Assembly (NCBI GenBank): GCA_963706575.1
Contig: CAVPNL010000003.1
Coordinates: 192,001-256,000, forward strand
Origin: an uncultured delta proteobacterium
GTDB taxonomy: Bacteria; Desulfobacterota; Desulfobacteria; Desulfobacterales; JAHEIW01
Direction: 5' to 3'
Length of the DNA: 64,000 nucleotides
The notes below the pieces were generated by a model. The model had not been told where the DNA came from and searched no databases. It worked only from the letters and a program-made list of their open reading frames with translations. This document shows, in pieces, positions 51,801-62,432 of this stretch; positions within the stretch are counted from its first letter, which is position 1; each line of letters begins with the position of its first letter. Made by a program: the position numbers and the translations under genes.

Positions 51801-52877
51801 CTAAGCAGTCTGATACATACCCTTGAGGCGGTATACGTATGCCAGCACTTCTGCTACCGTTCGATAGAGCTCTACCGGTATAGATTCCCCGATTTCCACC
51901 ATTTTATGTAAGGCCTGGGCCAGCGGTTTATCTTCGACAATCGGCACCTGGTGATTTCTGGCTATCTCCTTAATTCTTTCTGCAAGGTGTCCGGCACCTT
52001 TGGCGACCACCACCGGTGCCACCATCTTGGCCGCATCAAACTGCAGCGCCACCGCCAGATGAATGGGGTTGGTAATGATCACATCGGCCTCTGGAACCGC
52101 CTCCATCATTCGACGGGCTGCCATTTCCATCTGAACCTTGCGAATCCGGCTCTTCACCCTGGGATCACCTTCTTGTTGTCTACGCTCGTCTTTGACCTGC
52201 TGCTTGGTCATCTTGAGGTCCTGCTCGTACTGCCAGCGCTGGTAAATATAGTCGAGGACCGCCAGAATGATGAGTGCCAGGCAAACAAAAAAGAAAACCT
52301 TAAAGGCCAATTTGCCGATAAAAATTAGAATATCGCCAACTTCCTGCTGCATCAGGCCGGGAAATTTTGCAGTCTCCGTTGTGATGACGCCATAAGCGAT
52401 AGCGCCAACAACCATTACTTTAAAAATGGATTTAACCAGCTCCACCAGCGCTTTTATGGAGACAAGCTTTTTCATGCCCGAAATCGGGTTGAGCTTTTTC
52501 AATTTGGGCCGCAGGGGCTCTCCATGAAACTCCAGTCCGATCTGACCGATATTCCCCACCATACCGGCAATCAATACAGGCACGAAAAAAGAAATTAAAA
52601 TTAAGAAGGTCTTTTTAAAAATTTCTGCTGAAAAGGCACTGACATCGGAAATAGCCTCGAGCCGCAAGGTGTCAAGCCGTTCGAAAACACCGCTGATCAC
52701 TTCGGCGATGTTCCAGAACATCCATGACCCGGCGAAATAAAAGACGCCCATGGCAGTCATTAAAATTAAAACAGAGGGGATTTCCCTGCTCTGAGCGACC
52801 TGCCCTTTGCGCCTGGCTTCCTCTCTACGTTTCGCAGTTGCTTTTTCTGTTCTTTCCTGGCCGCCGCTTTCCGGCAT
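51801..52877 (-). CDS. flhB: Flagellar export switch FlhB
   Basis: RTEKAT, EGDP and NPIH (autocleavage site variant) motifs. Confidence 0.96.
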   Translation of the reverse strand: MPESGGQERTEKATAKRREEARRKGQVAQSREIPSVLILMTAMGVFYFAGSWMFWNIAEVISGVFERLDTLRLEAISDVSAFSAEIFKKTFLILISFFVPVLIAGMVGNIGQIGLEFHGEPLRPKLKKLNPISGMKKLVSIKALVELVKSIFKVMVVGAIAYGVITTETAKFPGLMQQEVGDILIFIGKLAFKVFFFVCLALIILAVLDYIYQRWQYEQDLKMTKQQVKDERRQQEGDPRVKSRIRKVQMEMAARRMMEAVPEADVIITNPIHLAVALQFDAAKMVAPVVVAKGAGHLAERIKEIARNHQVPIVEDKPLAQALHKMVEIGESIPVELYRTVAEVLAYVYRLKGMYQTA

Positions 52878-52896
52878 AGTTGACCTCGTTTAAAGG

Positions 52897-53676
52897 TTAA
52901 GATGCTGCTTTCATCAGTAGAATAATCATATTGCCAAGGTTGCTGAATATGGCTTTTAAAAAAGATGACAAATACGGCAGGCTGAAACCGATAAATAACA
53001 GACCGATAATAATTTTTAGCGGCATGGCCACCAAGAACACATTCATCTGCGGCACCGTACGGGCGATGAGCCCGAAAGCAACGCTGGTAAGCAATAAGGC
53101 GGCGATGACGGGAGCCCCGACCTTAATGGCGATCACAAACATATAACCGCCGATGTGGATCAATTGCTCAATTAGAGAGCCGCTGACCTTAAACCCAAAG
53201 GGCGGCACCAGCTGAAAGCTGTCGGCCAGCGCCATTAGAAACCAATGATGGGCATTTATGGTTAGAAAAATCAAAAACGCAAATAACTGATAAAATTGCG
53301 ACAGAAGCGGTACCTGCTGACCGGCCGAGGGATCCATCACTCGGGCAAGTGCCAGGCCCATCTGATACCCCGATATCTGCCCGGCCATTTGCAGACCGAC
53401 AAAAATCAAATTAACCGCTATGCCAATACTGATTCCCAGCATGATTTCGCCGACGGCACCAATAGCGAAGCTGCCCAGATCCCTTACAACCGGAAAAGCG
53501 GTTCGGTCCAACAGGGGGTACAAAACGATGCTGGTAGCCAATGCCAGCCCGAATTTAACTAAGACCGGTATGCTTCCGCTTTTAAATATCGGCATGCTCA
53601 TCAATATGGCACCGACCCTCACAAAAATCAGGAAAAGCACCTGTAACTGTATGAATGGAACAGAAATCGATAGCAT
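52897..53676 (-). CDS. fliR: Export apparatus FliR
   Basis: GQISGYQMGL and RTVPQMNVF motifs. Confidence 0.94.
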   Translation of the reverse strand: MLSISVPFIQLQVLFLIFVRVGAILMSMPIFKSGSIPVLVKFGLALATSIVLYPLLDRTAFPVVRDLGSFAIGAVGEIMLGISIGIAVNLIFVGLQMAGQISGYQMGLALARVMDPSAGQQVPLLSQFYQLFAFLIFLTINAHHWFLMALADSFQLVPPFGFKVSGSLIEQLIHIGGYMFVIAIKVGAPVIAALLLTSVAFGLIARTVPQMNVFLVAMPLKIIIGLLFIGFSLPYLSSFLKAIFSNLGNMIILLMKAAS

Positions 53677-53722
53677 CTTTGAAGGCCGTCACCTTGCATT
53701 TTAATGAAACACTCGCTTTCCA

Positions 53723-53992
53723 TCAGCGAATATAAATCACAATGTTGTTTAACAAATTCGTGGTAAACGTAAGCATGGTTTGCATCATCCACGGCAAAAA
53801 GAATAATAGCGCACACGCCACCGCCAGCATTTTGGGAATAAAGGTCAGTGTCATTTCGTTGATCGAGGTGGCGGATTGGAATATGCTCACCAGCAGCCCC
53901 ACCAGCAGACCCGCCAGAAGCATGGGTGCCGCCAGCAGAATGGCTGTTTTAATGGCTTCAAAAAAGAATCCGGTTAAAAATTCGGTCGTCAT
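53723..53992 (-). CDS. fliQ: Export apparatus FliQ
   Basis: FQSATSINEMTLTFIPK. Confidence 0.96.
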   Translation of the reverse strand: MTTEFLTGFFFEAIKTAILLAAPMLLAGLLVGLLVSIFQSATSINEMTLTFIPKMLAVACALLFFLPWMMQTMLTFTTNLLNNIVIYIR

Positions 53993-54015
53993 GTCGTTTT
54001 GCTATGCTTTTGGAT

Positions 54016-54879
54016 TTAAATAAAACTCCTGACCAGCGAACCGATCAGCAAATTCCAGCCATCGGCCAGAACAAATAACATCAGTTTAAACGGTAGTGAT
54101 ATCATGATGGGGGGCAACATCATCATGCCCATTGACAGCAAAACACTGGCCACCACCATATCAATGATCAAAAACGGAACATACAGCAACAGGCCAATCT
54201 GAAATGCTGTTTTGACTTCACTGATAATAAATGAGGGAATCAGAACCGAAATGGGAATATCATTGACATCTTTGGGCCGCTCGATTTTCGCAATATTAAC
54301 GAACAGTGCCAGATCCTTTTCGCGGGTCTGCTTGAACATAAATCCCCGCAAGGGTTCGGCGGCTTTTTGCAGCGCCTGCTGCTGTTCAATTTTGTCTTCT
54401 AAATAGGGCTGCAGTGCCGTTTGGTTGATCTGTTGCCAAACCGGAGTCATGATAAAAAAGGTTAAAAACAGCGCCAGACCGATCAGGACCTGGTTAGGCG
54501 GCATTTGCATGGTTCCCAGTGCCCGGCGTAACAACGACAGCACAATCACAACTCGCGTAAAAGAGGTCAGCATAATCAAAATGGCCGGCGCCAGGGAAAG
54601 GATGGTCATCAACAAAAAAATCTGCAGGACGACAGCTATCTTTCCCGGTTCCTGGGTTTGGTCCATGCCGATGCTGATAAAAGGCGCTGCGCTTTGAGGC
54701 TCTGCCGCTGCACCGTCTTCGGGGGCCAATAAAACCGTGCTCAAGCCAATTGCCAGAACCACACCGACAAACAGCAACAGCTGCAGGAATCTGGCACCGC
54801 CGGAAACGTTTTGCTGCCGACAGTCCGGAATAGATTTAGCCCCGGATGGGCGATTTAATGGCCGCTCTCTGAACATCAT
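54016..54879 (-). CDS. fliP: Export apparatus FliP
   Basis: [19 protein letters not shown] and DGW motifs. Confidence 0.97.
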   Translation of the reverse strand: MMFRERPLNRPSGAKSIPDCRQQNVSGGARFLQLLLFVGVVLAIGLSTVLLAPEDGAAAEPQSAAPFISIGMDQTQEPGKIAVVLQIFLLMTILSLAPAILIMLTSFTRVVIVLSLLRRALGTMQMPPNQVLIGLALFLTFFIMTPVWQQINQTALQPYLEDKIEQQQALQKAAEPLRGFMFKQTREKDLALFVNIAKIERPKDVNDIPISVLIPSFIISEVKTAFQIGLLLYVPFLIIDMVVASVLLSMGMMMLPPIMISLPFKLMLFVLADGWNLLIGSLVRSFI

Positions 54880-55256
54880 TGATCGTTTCTGTGCCTGATA
54901 AAACGGCTGGTGATTTTATTCAATTGATCGCTAAAAGACGGGGTAATGCGCCCCGATCCCTGGTCATGAATTTGATCCAGAATCGTTTTGTCTTCTATCT
55001 TCGTCAGTAGGCAGATCGAATCAGCGGCAATACCGACGACCAATATGGCCCCGGGAATTTGTACCAGGGAGATGTTTTTTTTAAGACCGATATACTGACT
55101 GGCCAGCACGCGGATCATTCCCCTCCCCGAATTGCCGATGTCCTTACGCATCACCCGCTTGGTAAAGTAAAAAAAGATACCCAGCCCACCCAGCACCAGT
55201 GCCAGAGCAGCCAGCATTTTAAAGGCAGTTGCCAACATATCCGGGGTGGTATTCAT
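54876..55256 (-). CDS. fliO: FliO
   Basis: TM helix plus beta domain; between fliN and fliP. Confidence 0.85.
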   Translation of the reverse strand: MNTTPDMLATAFKMLAALALVLGGLGIFFYFTKRVMRKDIGNSGRGMIRVLASQYIGLKKNISLVQIPGAILVVGIAADSICLLTKIEDKTILDQIHDQGSGRITPSFSDQLNKITSRFIRHRNDQ

Positions 55257-55654
55257 TTCAGCCTCTCGATACGTTCGATGGGGCTAATTATCTCGGTCAG
55301 ACGGATACCGTATTTTTCATTTACCACGACGACTTCGCCCCGGGCGATGAGTTTGCGGTTCGCAAGAATTTCCAACGTTTCTCCGGCCAGTTTGGAAAGT
55401 TCGAGCACCGATCCCTGGCCCAGCTTCAGCAGCTCGTTGATCAATATTTTGGTGCGACCCAGCTCCACTGAAATTTCTAAGGGAATATCCAGTAAAAACT
55501 CCATGTCACCCGTCATTTTGTCATCGGAGGCACTATTGGATTTCGACTTCTGTGGAGCATCGGATTCCGCCATGGCCGCCGATTCATCGGTGTCGGCCAT
55601 AGTCTCCTCCGGCTGAGTATCCAGTTGATATTCTTCTTTATCCATATCCGTCAT
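55253..55654 (-). CDS. fliN: Switch protein FliN
   Basis: DIPLEISVELGRT and GEVVVV motifs. Confidence 0.96.
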   Translation of the reverse strand: MTDMDKEEYQLDTQPEETMADTDESAAMAESDAPQKSKSNSASDDKMTGDMEFLLDIPLEISVELGRTKILINELLKLGQGSVLELSKLAGETLEILANRKLIARGEVVVVNEKYGIRLTEIISPIERIERLK

Positions 55655-55656
55655 CG

Positions 55657-56637
55657 CTATTTTTTGCCTCCATTTGAATTTATCAATTTTGCAATTTCGA
55701 CCGCACGGTTTCCCTTAATGACTCCCGGATAGCCGCGGTATTTGGGAACCTGATCAACACTGATAGAAATAAGGTCCTCCGGGCCGGCTTTTAGTTTAAT
55801 AATGTCTTCGACTTGCAGATTTATCAATTCCCGCACGGTCTGCTGCGTTCTTCCCAGTTCAGCAATTATCGTAACCTGCGCATCCTTTAATAATTCTTTC
55901 AACTGTGGACTCCAGGTGTGTCCCGTATCTTTTTCGCGCAGGTACTTCGGTGAAAATTTTTCCTTTATCGGCTCCAGCATCAGGTAAGGAATCGCCATAT
56001 GAAAATTCCCGGAAAACTCCTGACTTCTTATCGTAAAGACAATGATCACCATGATATCGCTGGGCGGCACCAATTGGACAAACGCCGGCTTGGTCTCGGT
56101 CTTTCTTAAAACGATCTTTACGGGATAAATCGTTGACCAGGAATGTTCAAATGCGGTTAAAATATCGAGCGCAAACTTTTTAATCATGCGTTGTTCTATT
56201 TGCGTAAAGTCGCGTACCTGGGTGGAGGGTTTTCCATCGCCGCCGAACATGCAATCGATTAGAGAAAAAACAAGATTGGACTCAATGCACAACAGGGCAT
56301 TGCCGATCAGAGGCTCCATTCTGATCACATTACAGCTCGTCGGGCTAGAAAATGCAGTGATGAATTCCTGATATTTAATCATTTCCGAGGAAACAAACTC
56401 AACGGCCACGGAACGCTGCAAAGCCGATGAAAGCAAATCCCGCAACAATCCGGCGAATTTGTCATAGACTTCTTCCAATGCGGAAAATTGATCCCGCAGC
56501 ATAATATTTTGCGATGCCAGATTGTAAGGCGTCGCTTCAACATCTTTCTTGCCTTCTTGATCAAGATCAACATCGCCTCTTTCCATCGCGGAAAGCAGCG
56601 CATCAATTTCTTCTTGAGTGAGTATTTGATTTGACAT
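55657..56637 (-). CDS. fliM: Switch protein FliM
   Basis: ILTQEEIDALL, FGGDG and LEPI motifs. Confidence 0.95.
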   Translation of the reverse strand: MSNQILTQEEIDALLSAMERGDVDLDQEGKKDVEATPYNLASQNIMLRDQFSALEEVYDKFAGLLRDLLSSALQRSVAVEFVSSEMIKYQEFITAFSSPTSCNVIRMEPLIGNALLCIESNLVFSLIDCMFGGDGKPSTQVRDFTQIEQRMIKKFALDILTAFEHSWSTIYPVKIVLRKTETKPAFVQLVPPSDIMVIIVFTIRSQEFSGNFHMAIPYLMLEPIKEKFSPKYLREKDTGHTWSPQLKELLKDAQVTIIAELGRTQQTVRELINLQVEDIIKLKAGPEDLISISVDQVPKYRGYPGVIKGNRAVEIAKLINSNGGKK

Positions 56638-56648
56638 AGGACAAAAAT

Positions 56649-57110
56649 TTATTGAACGACAAACTCGGTAAAAAAGATATTGGTAACCACATTATTACCG
56701 AACAGACTGTTGAGCTTGGCAAGAATTTCATCTCGCAAAGCAATCTTGCCTTCCATGCCGGCAATCTCATCAAATTGCTTGGAGGGCAGTATCATCAAGA
56801 TGCTGTCTCTGACCTGGGGCAGCCTTTCAGTTAGTTTTCCAGCATCCGCTGAATTAGCCAGCTCAAGATCCATGGTCACTCTCAAATAACGGCTGCGTCC
56901 CGCATCCGCGAGATTGACAATAAAAGTGTCCAGAGAATAAAGCGGCCCCAGTGCCGCGGCCTGAGCCTTCCCGGTCTCTGAGGTGCCCACCATATTGGCC
57001 TGGATGCTTAAAGCCGACAGCTTGTGCCACATCATAAAAAACCCGGCTGCCAGGCCAATCGTCAAGACCATTAAAACCGCTACAACCAGAAATATTAATT
57101 TATTTGACAT
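56649..57110 (-). CDS. fliL: FliL
   Basis: FIVNLAD...YL, P.VRD and FTEFVVQ motifs. Confidence 0.93.
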   Translation of the reverse strand: MSNKLIFLVVAVLMVLTIGLAAGFFMMWHKLSALSIQANMVGTSETGKAQAAALGPLYSLDTFIVNLADAGRSRYLRVTMDLELANSADAGKLTERLPQVRDSILMILPSKQFDEIAGMEGKIALRDEILAKLNSLFGNNVVTNIFFTEFVVQ

Positions 57111-57853
57111 TTTCCTCTTTGCCCTCCGTTAATAAAAAAATTTCAACCCGCCTGTTTTTCGCCCGATTGGGCCGGGTGTCATTCGCGGCCACCGGCCTCG
57201 ATTCACCATAGCCTACGGCCGAAAGCCTTTTGGGATCTATGTTGCTGACCTCGGCAAAGTACTTTACGACATTTACGGCGCGGGCGACGGACAGTTCCCA
57301 GTTTGACGGGAAGCGGCGTGTCTGGATGGGAACATTATCCGTATGGCCTTCCACCCGCACCGCATACGGTATTTTGTCCAGCGCATCTGCAATCTTATCC
57401 AAAAAGACGAAACCCGCCGGGTTAATCGCCGCTCTGCCAAAATTAAAAAGCACCTGATCCTCAAAAGAAAGTCGGGTTCCCTGATGGGTATGTGTGACCT
57501 GAATATCCGGATCGGCTTCCGTCAGTTGCCGAATCTGGTCAACCAATTTGCCGCCGGGCTGGCTGCTGCCTTGCTTATTTTGCTCGCCTTCAGCCTGGGT
57601 CATGATATGCGACATATCTTCAACCGGTTGGGTTTTTGTCACGCTGATGGATACTTTATTACCGGCTTCCAAAACTCCGAGCCCACTTTGCAGGGCATAC
57701 TGAAAATCCTGCCATTTTTCTAGTATCAACCGTGCTCATCGTAAACAGGAGAACAAAGAACACCATCAGCAGGGTGACAAGATCATTAAAAGTTGTCAGC
57801 CAGATGGACTTTTTACTGCCTTCGTTTTCCAGGTTGCGCCGCAGTCTTCTCAA
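57100..57853 (-). CDS. motB: Stator B subunit no. 2 (canonical Asp), +1 frameshift near 57712-57723
   Basis: WLTTFNDLVTLLMVFFVLL TM in one frame; EGHTDN...SNWELS...NRRVEI OmpA-like domain in the next. Confidence 0.85.
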
Positions 57854-58594
57854 AAGATTTCCTCGATGGGCGTTTTCGGTTGTTCTTTCTTAATGAAAAT
57901 AATCTCGACTCTTCGGTTTTTCTCCCGGTTTTCCGCTGTATCATTTGCAACCACCGGATGAAATTCACTGAATCCTTCCGCTGCCAGGCGCCGGGGATCA
58001 ACGTTGTGTTCTTTGATAAAATATCTGAGCACATTTACCGCCCGGGCAGTGGACAGTTCCCAGTTCGACGGATAGCGCTCGGTATGAATCGGAAGATTAT
58101 CGGTATGGCCTTCAATCCGAATCAGGTAGGCGGTTTTTGAAATAATGGCACCCACCTTTTGAAGCAGCGGAAGGGCCTCGGCCGCTATATCGGCCGAACC
58201 CAGTCCAAAGAGCATGTGTTCGGACATCCGCATGACGAGGCCTTCGCGCGTCAGCACAAGGTTAATCTCCTTCTCCAGGTTAAACTCGTAGGCAAGTTCT
58301 TCGAGTGTCTGAAATATTTTGGCCAGTTCCGATTTAGTATCGACCATGTCTGTCGAGTCTGATACAACGGCCAGGCCCGGTTCTAATTTCGTTCCACGCG
58401 GCATAATACTCACCGCTGTGACAAAGGACTTCACAAATTGCATGACTTTGGCTTCTTCCATAGTCGAAAAAGAGCTGAGCATAATAAAAAAGCAAAGCAG
58501 GATGAGGACAAACCCGGAGTAAACGATCTCCCATTTACTAGCCGGTGGAATCTTCTGATTTTTTGGCTCCGGATCTTTGCTTTTTTTTACGCAT
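57850..58594 (-). CDS. motB: Stator B subunit no. 1 (Asp-less TM), +1 frameshift in the N-terminal coding region
   Basis: ATG at 58594 reads MRKKKQ...STG*; the next frame gives KWEIVYSGFVLILLCFFIML continuous with EGHTDN...NRRVEI. Confidence 0.8.
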
Positions 58595-58727
58595 TGGCTG
58601 CCGAAAAATTAACGGTTAATTTATTTTTTCCTACCACATTCAAAGGGTTGCATGAATTGGCATCACTGACGCATTTCCGGCCCCAATCAGAGCAGGACGG
58701 CGGAAGGTTGTCCGGCCCTGAGTCCGA

Positions 58728-59508
58728 TCAGGCCTTGGCCGGTTGGGCATCGGCCGTCATGCGGGCCTTGGGCGCAATAAAGGCTTTTAGCTTTTGCTCC
58801 ACCACCCGATGATTATCGCCGGATTGAATCGAAATAACCCCTTCCAGAATCATCTGTTTGACCAGGACCTCCTGTTTGCTGCGTGTTTTTAGCTTACCGG
58901 CGACCGGCAGGAACAGCAGGTTGGCCAGCAGGGTACCATAAAAGGTCGTCAGTAAGGCCACCGCCATGGGCGCTCCGATCTGGCTGGGATCTTCCATCTG
59001 CATCAGCATTTGCACCAGGCCGATAATGGTTCCCAGCATCCCGATCGCCGGTGCAAAACCGCCCATGGTGGCAAATATCTCGGACCCCAGTCGGTGCCGC
59101 ATTTCCAGGTATTCAATTTCAATCGACATGACTTCTTCGATCGAAGAGGATTCCATACCGTCGATGGCCATCTGAATGCCCCGGGCCAGGAAACGGGTCT
59201 TTGATGTCCTTGAGCTGGGACTCAAATGAAAGGATGCCTTCCTGCCGGGCCTTTTTGGCAAAACCCGACATCAACGGAATCAATTCGCTCGGAATCTGGG
59301 AACGGTGCATAAACACGTTTTTGGCAACCTTGAACACGCCGAGCACTTCTGAAAGTGGATAGGCCAAAAGGGTTGCTCCCATGGTTCCACCCAGGACGAT
59401 CATGACGGATGGATAATTGATAAACCAGGTCCCATCACCACCCATCAAGATGGAAATGAAGACCAGACCAAATGAAACCAAAATACCGATTAAGGTAGTG
59501 ATATCCAC
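58728..59508 (-). CDS. motA: Stator A subunit, +1 frameshift near 59190
   Basis: IVLGGT and ARQEGILS, then FLARGIQMAIDG, APAIGMLGTIIGL and ALLTTFYG in the shifted frame. Confidence 0.9.
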
Positions 59509-59694
59509 TGGTTGACTCCTGTACGACTTTGACGGATAAACAAAAAAATCATCATTATGTCAGTCCCGCATCCGGCGAAAACAGGCGCGGGATCCCTATG
59601 GTTGAAAACCCGAAAGGATCCCGTCATCTCCGGATGCGGATCGCAAAACCACCTACCGGAAATCGGCAGAATCCTTATTATTTTCAATATTTTT

Positions 59695-59710
59695 AGCAAG
59701 TATTGTGCCA
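59695..59710 (-). promoter_or_regulatory. Sigma54 promoter of the motA operon
   Basis: Minus strand TGGCACAATACTTGCT. Confidence 0.85.
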
Positions 59711-59902
59711 CACGCCGGAATAGAAATCCTGAATTTATAAAATGGGCGAGCAGGAAAGATAATTAACTGAAGTTTTTGAAAAAACCGACTGTCTCAAGGG
59801 TCTTGCACGGGGGAATAATGGTTTCGGGCATGGCCCGCATTATGATTTAAATGCCAGGGTCGGGGGTCAACCGGTTTTTAACGTCAAAATTCAGCAGAAT
59901 TT

Positions 59903-59916
59903 GTCAACAGTTTGAC
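59903..59916. promoter_or_regulatory. Candidate FleQ/FlrA-like enhancer box
   Basis: GTCAACAGTTTGAC about 190 bp upstream of the sigma54 promoter. Confidence 0.45.
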
Positions 59917-60056
59917 GATAAATGATGAAAAATTCCGGTCAGGTGCGATTCGGCGAAAAAGCGGCAGTTTGCTGAAGGTGGACTATTCGGCCGTCGGTTG
60001 GCCGCCTGCCGAAAAATCACCGATCGGCTACCGCCTGGCAACAAACCGACAGGCCT

Positions 60057-60278
60057 TTACGCAAAATCCGCCGGCTGGCAATCTTCACGGACGGAATTTG
60101 AATAAATCGTGCGCTGATAGTCGACAATTCTCTGAGAGACCTCTTCAAGGGGCTCTTTCACCATAATTTTATCATTATTGGTGAAGGTGATCACCGTCTC
60201 GGGAATGGCCTGCAAGGACTGGATCATATCCACGTTGATCATCAGGGTTGAGTCATTTAGGCGGGTAACTTTTATCAT
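60057..60278 (-). CDS. flbD: FlbD family flagellar protein
   Basis: MIKVTRLN...IN.D.I...PETVIT...KE; follows flgE. Confidence 0.9.
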   Translation of the reverse strand: MIKVTRLNDSTLMINVDMIQSLQAIPETVITFTNNDKIMVKEPLEEVSQRIVDYQRTIYSNSVREDCQPADFA

Positions 60279-60327
60279 TTTGGCACCACTTCATCGTGTT
60301 AAGGTTATCTAATTTAGGGAATATTTA

Positions 60328-60372
60328 AAGGGCGGGGTGTTTAGCAGATGACGCCGAGCCCAACACCCCCCC
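60328..60372 (-). terminator. GC-rich hairpin after flgE
   Basis: GGGGTGTT ... AACACCCC inverted arms; short T-run. Confidence 0.45.
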
Positions 60373-60395
60373 ATTTTTAGAAAGTCAGATCAAGT

Positions 60396-61656
60396 TTAGC
60401 GTTTCAGGTTAATCAGTTCATTGAGAATCTCATCACTGGTGGTAATTACCCGTGAATTGGCCTGAAATGCCCGCTGGGTGGTAATCATTTTAATAAACTC
60501 CGCGGCCAGATCCACGTTGGACATTTCTATCGCGCTGGTGCTGACACTGCCCAGGCGACCGCTTTGCGGTGTACCGAAAAGCGCCGGGCCGGATTCCAGA
60601 GACTCGGAATACAGATTCTTGCCCATTTTGGTCAACCCGTAATAGCTGGGGAAATCGGCCATCACCAGCTGAAAAAGGGGCGTCAGCTGGCCGTTGGAAT
60701 AAGAGCCGGTCACGACCCCCTCTTCATTGACGTCCACCGTCCGCAGGGTGCCGGAAGGATAACCGTTCTGGGTCTGAAAGGTCGTGCCGGAGGGGGATGA
60801 ATACTGGGTGAGGCTGCCGTTACTGGCCCCAGCGGCATCAATCACATCCCAGTTAATGCTCATGGGTGCGGCGCCGTTGATCAACGAAGCTATATCGATA
60901 ACGGGATCAGCGGCAGGGGGGCCGGTTAAATTTCCAAAGGCATCAAACACAAAGGTGGCGCCGCCGCCCCCTATGCTGACGTCTCCCGGCAGAGCCACAG
61001 TGGGTGGAACACTAGGCAGCAACGGTCCAGGTGTTTACAGCGGGAGCAGCACTTTTGGTAAAGGTCAGGGTCAGGGGGATGGTATTGCCCAGCGAATCGT
61101 AAACCGTTGTGGTCGTGGCATAGGTGCCCAGATCGGCTGTAGCCGAATCCAGATTGACATCAACGGAAAGTGAATCGGTAGCAACCGGCGGAGAGGCACC
61201 CTGTGCGGAAGCATTGATATTGGTAACGGCGCCCAGAATCAGCGACCCGTCGGGGTTGGTACCGGTGACTTCATAACCCTGTACGTACAGACCGGACATA
61301 TTCACCAGATCCCCGTTGCGGTCGAAGGTAAATTCACCGGCGCGGGTGTAATAGTTTGCGCCGGTATCATCCTGAACGACGAAAAAACCACTGCCGTTGA
61401 TGGCCATGTCCGTGGGGTTGTTGGTATTTTCAATGGTCCCCTGGGTCCACATCGGTGTGGTCCCCTGGAACTGGACCCCGCGGCCGACATCACTGGATAC
61501 GCTGCCGGCCAGCGAACTGCTCAAAATATTGGCAAACGAAGACCGGTTTGATTTAAAGCCCGTGGTGTTGACGTTGGAAATGTTATCGCCCAGCACTGTC
61601 ATTGAAGTTGAATTGACATTTAAGCCGACCATGCCGGCAAACAATGAACCAATCAT
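60396..61656 (-). CDS. flgE: Hook protein, +1 frameshift near 61014
   Basis: GDNISNVNTTGFK, YTRAGEF and EMSNVDLAAEF motifs; GCC-T-AGT creates a TAG. Confidence 0.92.
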
Positions 61657-61658
61657 GT

Positions 61659-62393
61659 TTATAGCCCTCCATTTATGAGTTCATTCGAGTTGGTTTCAAT
61701 CTCGGGAGTTACGGTTTCGAGCGGCGCTTGAACTTCGGAAACGGCAACGACATCATCGATGGCAATCGTCTGAAGGCCGGTAATGAGCCTGGCGGTCTGA
61801 TCTATAAAGGACACGCCGGTTACTACCGAACTCATCAGCGGCGTCACGCTTACAGCCTGGTCATTGGCGTCGACAGCCTGCACCTCAAAGCGGTAAAGGC
61901 CTTCTGAAACCGGGCTGTCGTTTCTATCGGTGCCGTCCCAGGCGGCGGATTGTCTGCCGGCATCCAGCGGCCCGGTTTCAAATGATTTCACAAAGCCGCC
62001 GCTGGCATCATAAACGCTGATCACCGCCAGTGCGGCGTTGGCCTCAAGCTCAAATTGACATTCCGCCGGTTGGCCGCTTTCGAGTTGGACGGTATTGCCC
62101 CTGGCGGTGATTTCCTTGCCGATGAAAGATACGGCCTGGGAGTTGGTCACCGATGTTTGAAACAGCGCCATATTTTTTAAATTATCGTTGATATTGTTAA
62201 GCTGCTCCAAAGAGCTGAATTGAGCCAATTGAGCGGTAAACTCGGTACTCTCAGCCGGATTGAGCGGATCCTGATGCTGCAGCTGGGTGACCAGTAAGTT
62301 TAGAAAATCATTCTTGCCTAATATTTCAGTCGGAGCACTCGTTTTGGTTTCAGTGCTCGCGGCGCTTGAATCTATTGGGGTAATCGACATCAT
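61659..62393 (-). CDS. flgD: Hook capping protein
   Basis: FLNLLVTQLQHQDPLNP, QLAQFS and WDG motifs. Confidence 0.96.
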   Translation of the reverse strand: MMSITPIDSSAASTETKTSAPTEILGKNDFLNLLVTQLQHQDPLNPAESTEFTAQLAQFSSLEQLNNINDNLKNMALFQTSVTNSQAVSFIGKEITARGNTVQLESGQPAECQFELEANAALAVISVYDASGGFVKSFETGPLDAGRQSAAWDGTDRNDSPVSEGLYRFEVQAVDANDQAVSVTPLMSSVVTGVSFIDQTARLITGLQTIAIDDVVAVSEVQAPLETVTPEIETNSNELINGGL

Positions 62394-62432
62394 TTTATGT
62401 GGTCCTTATTTCATCTGATAAACGATTAAGCG

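Noticed and set aside
59566..59670. c-di-GMP-I riboswitch upstream of motA
   Set aside because: The GAAA and CGCAAAACC look-alikes are on the antisense strand and wrongly spaced; kept only as an unnamed hairpin
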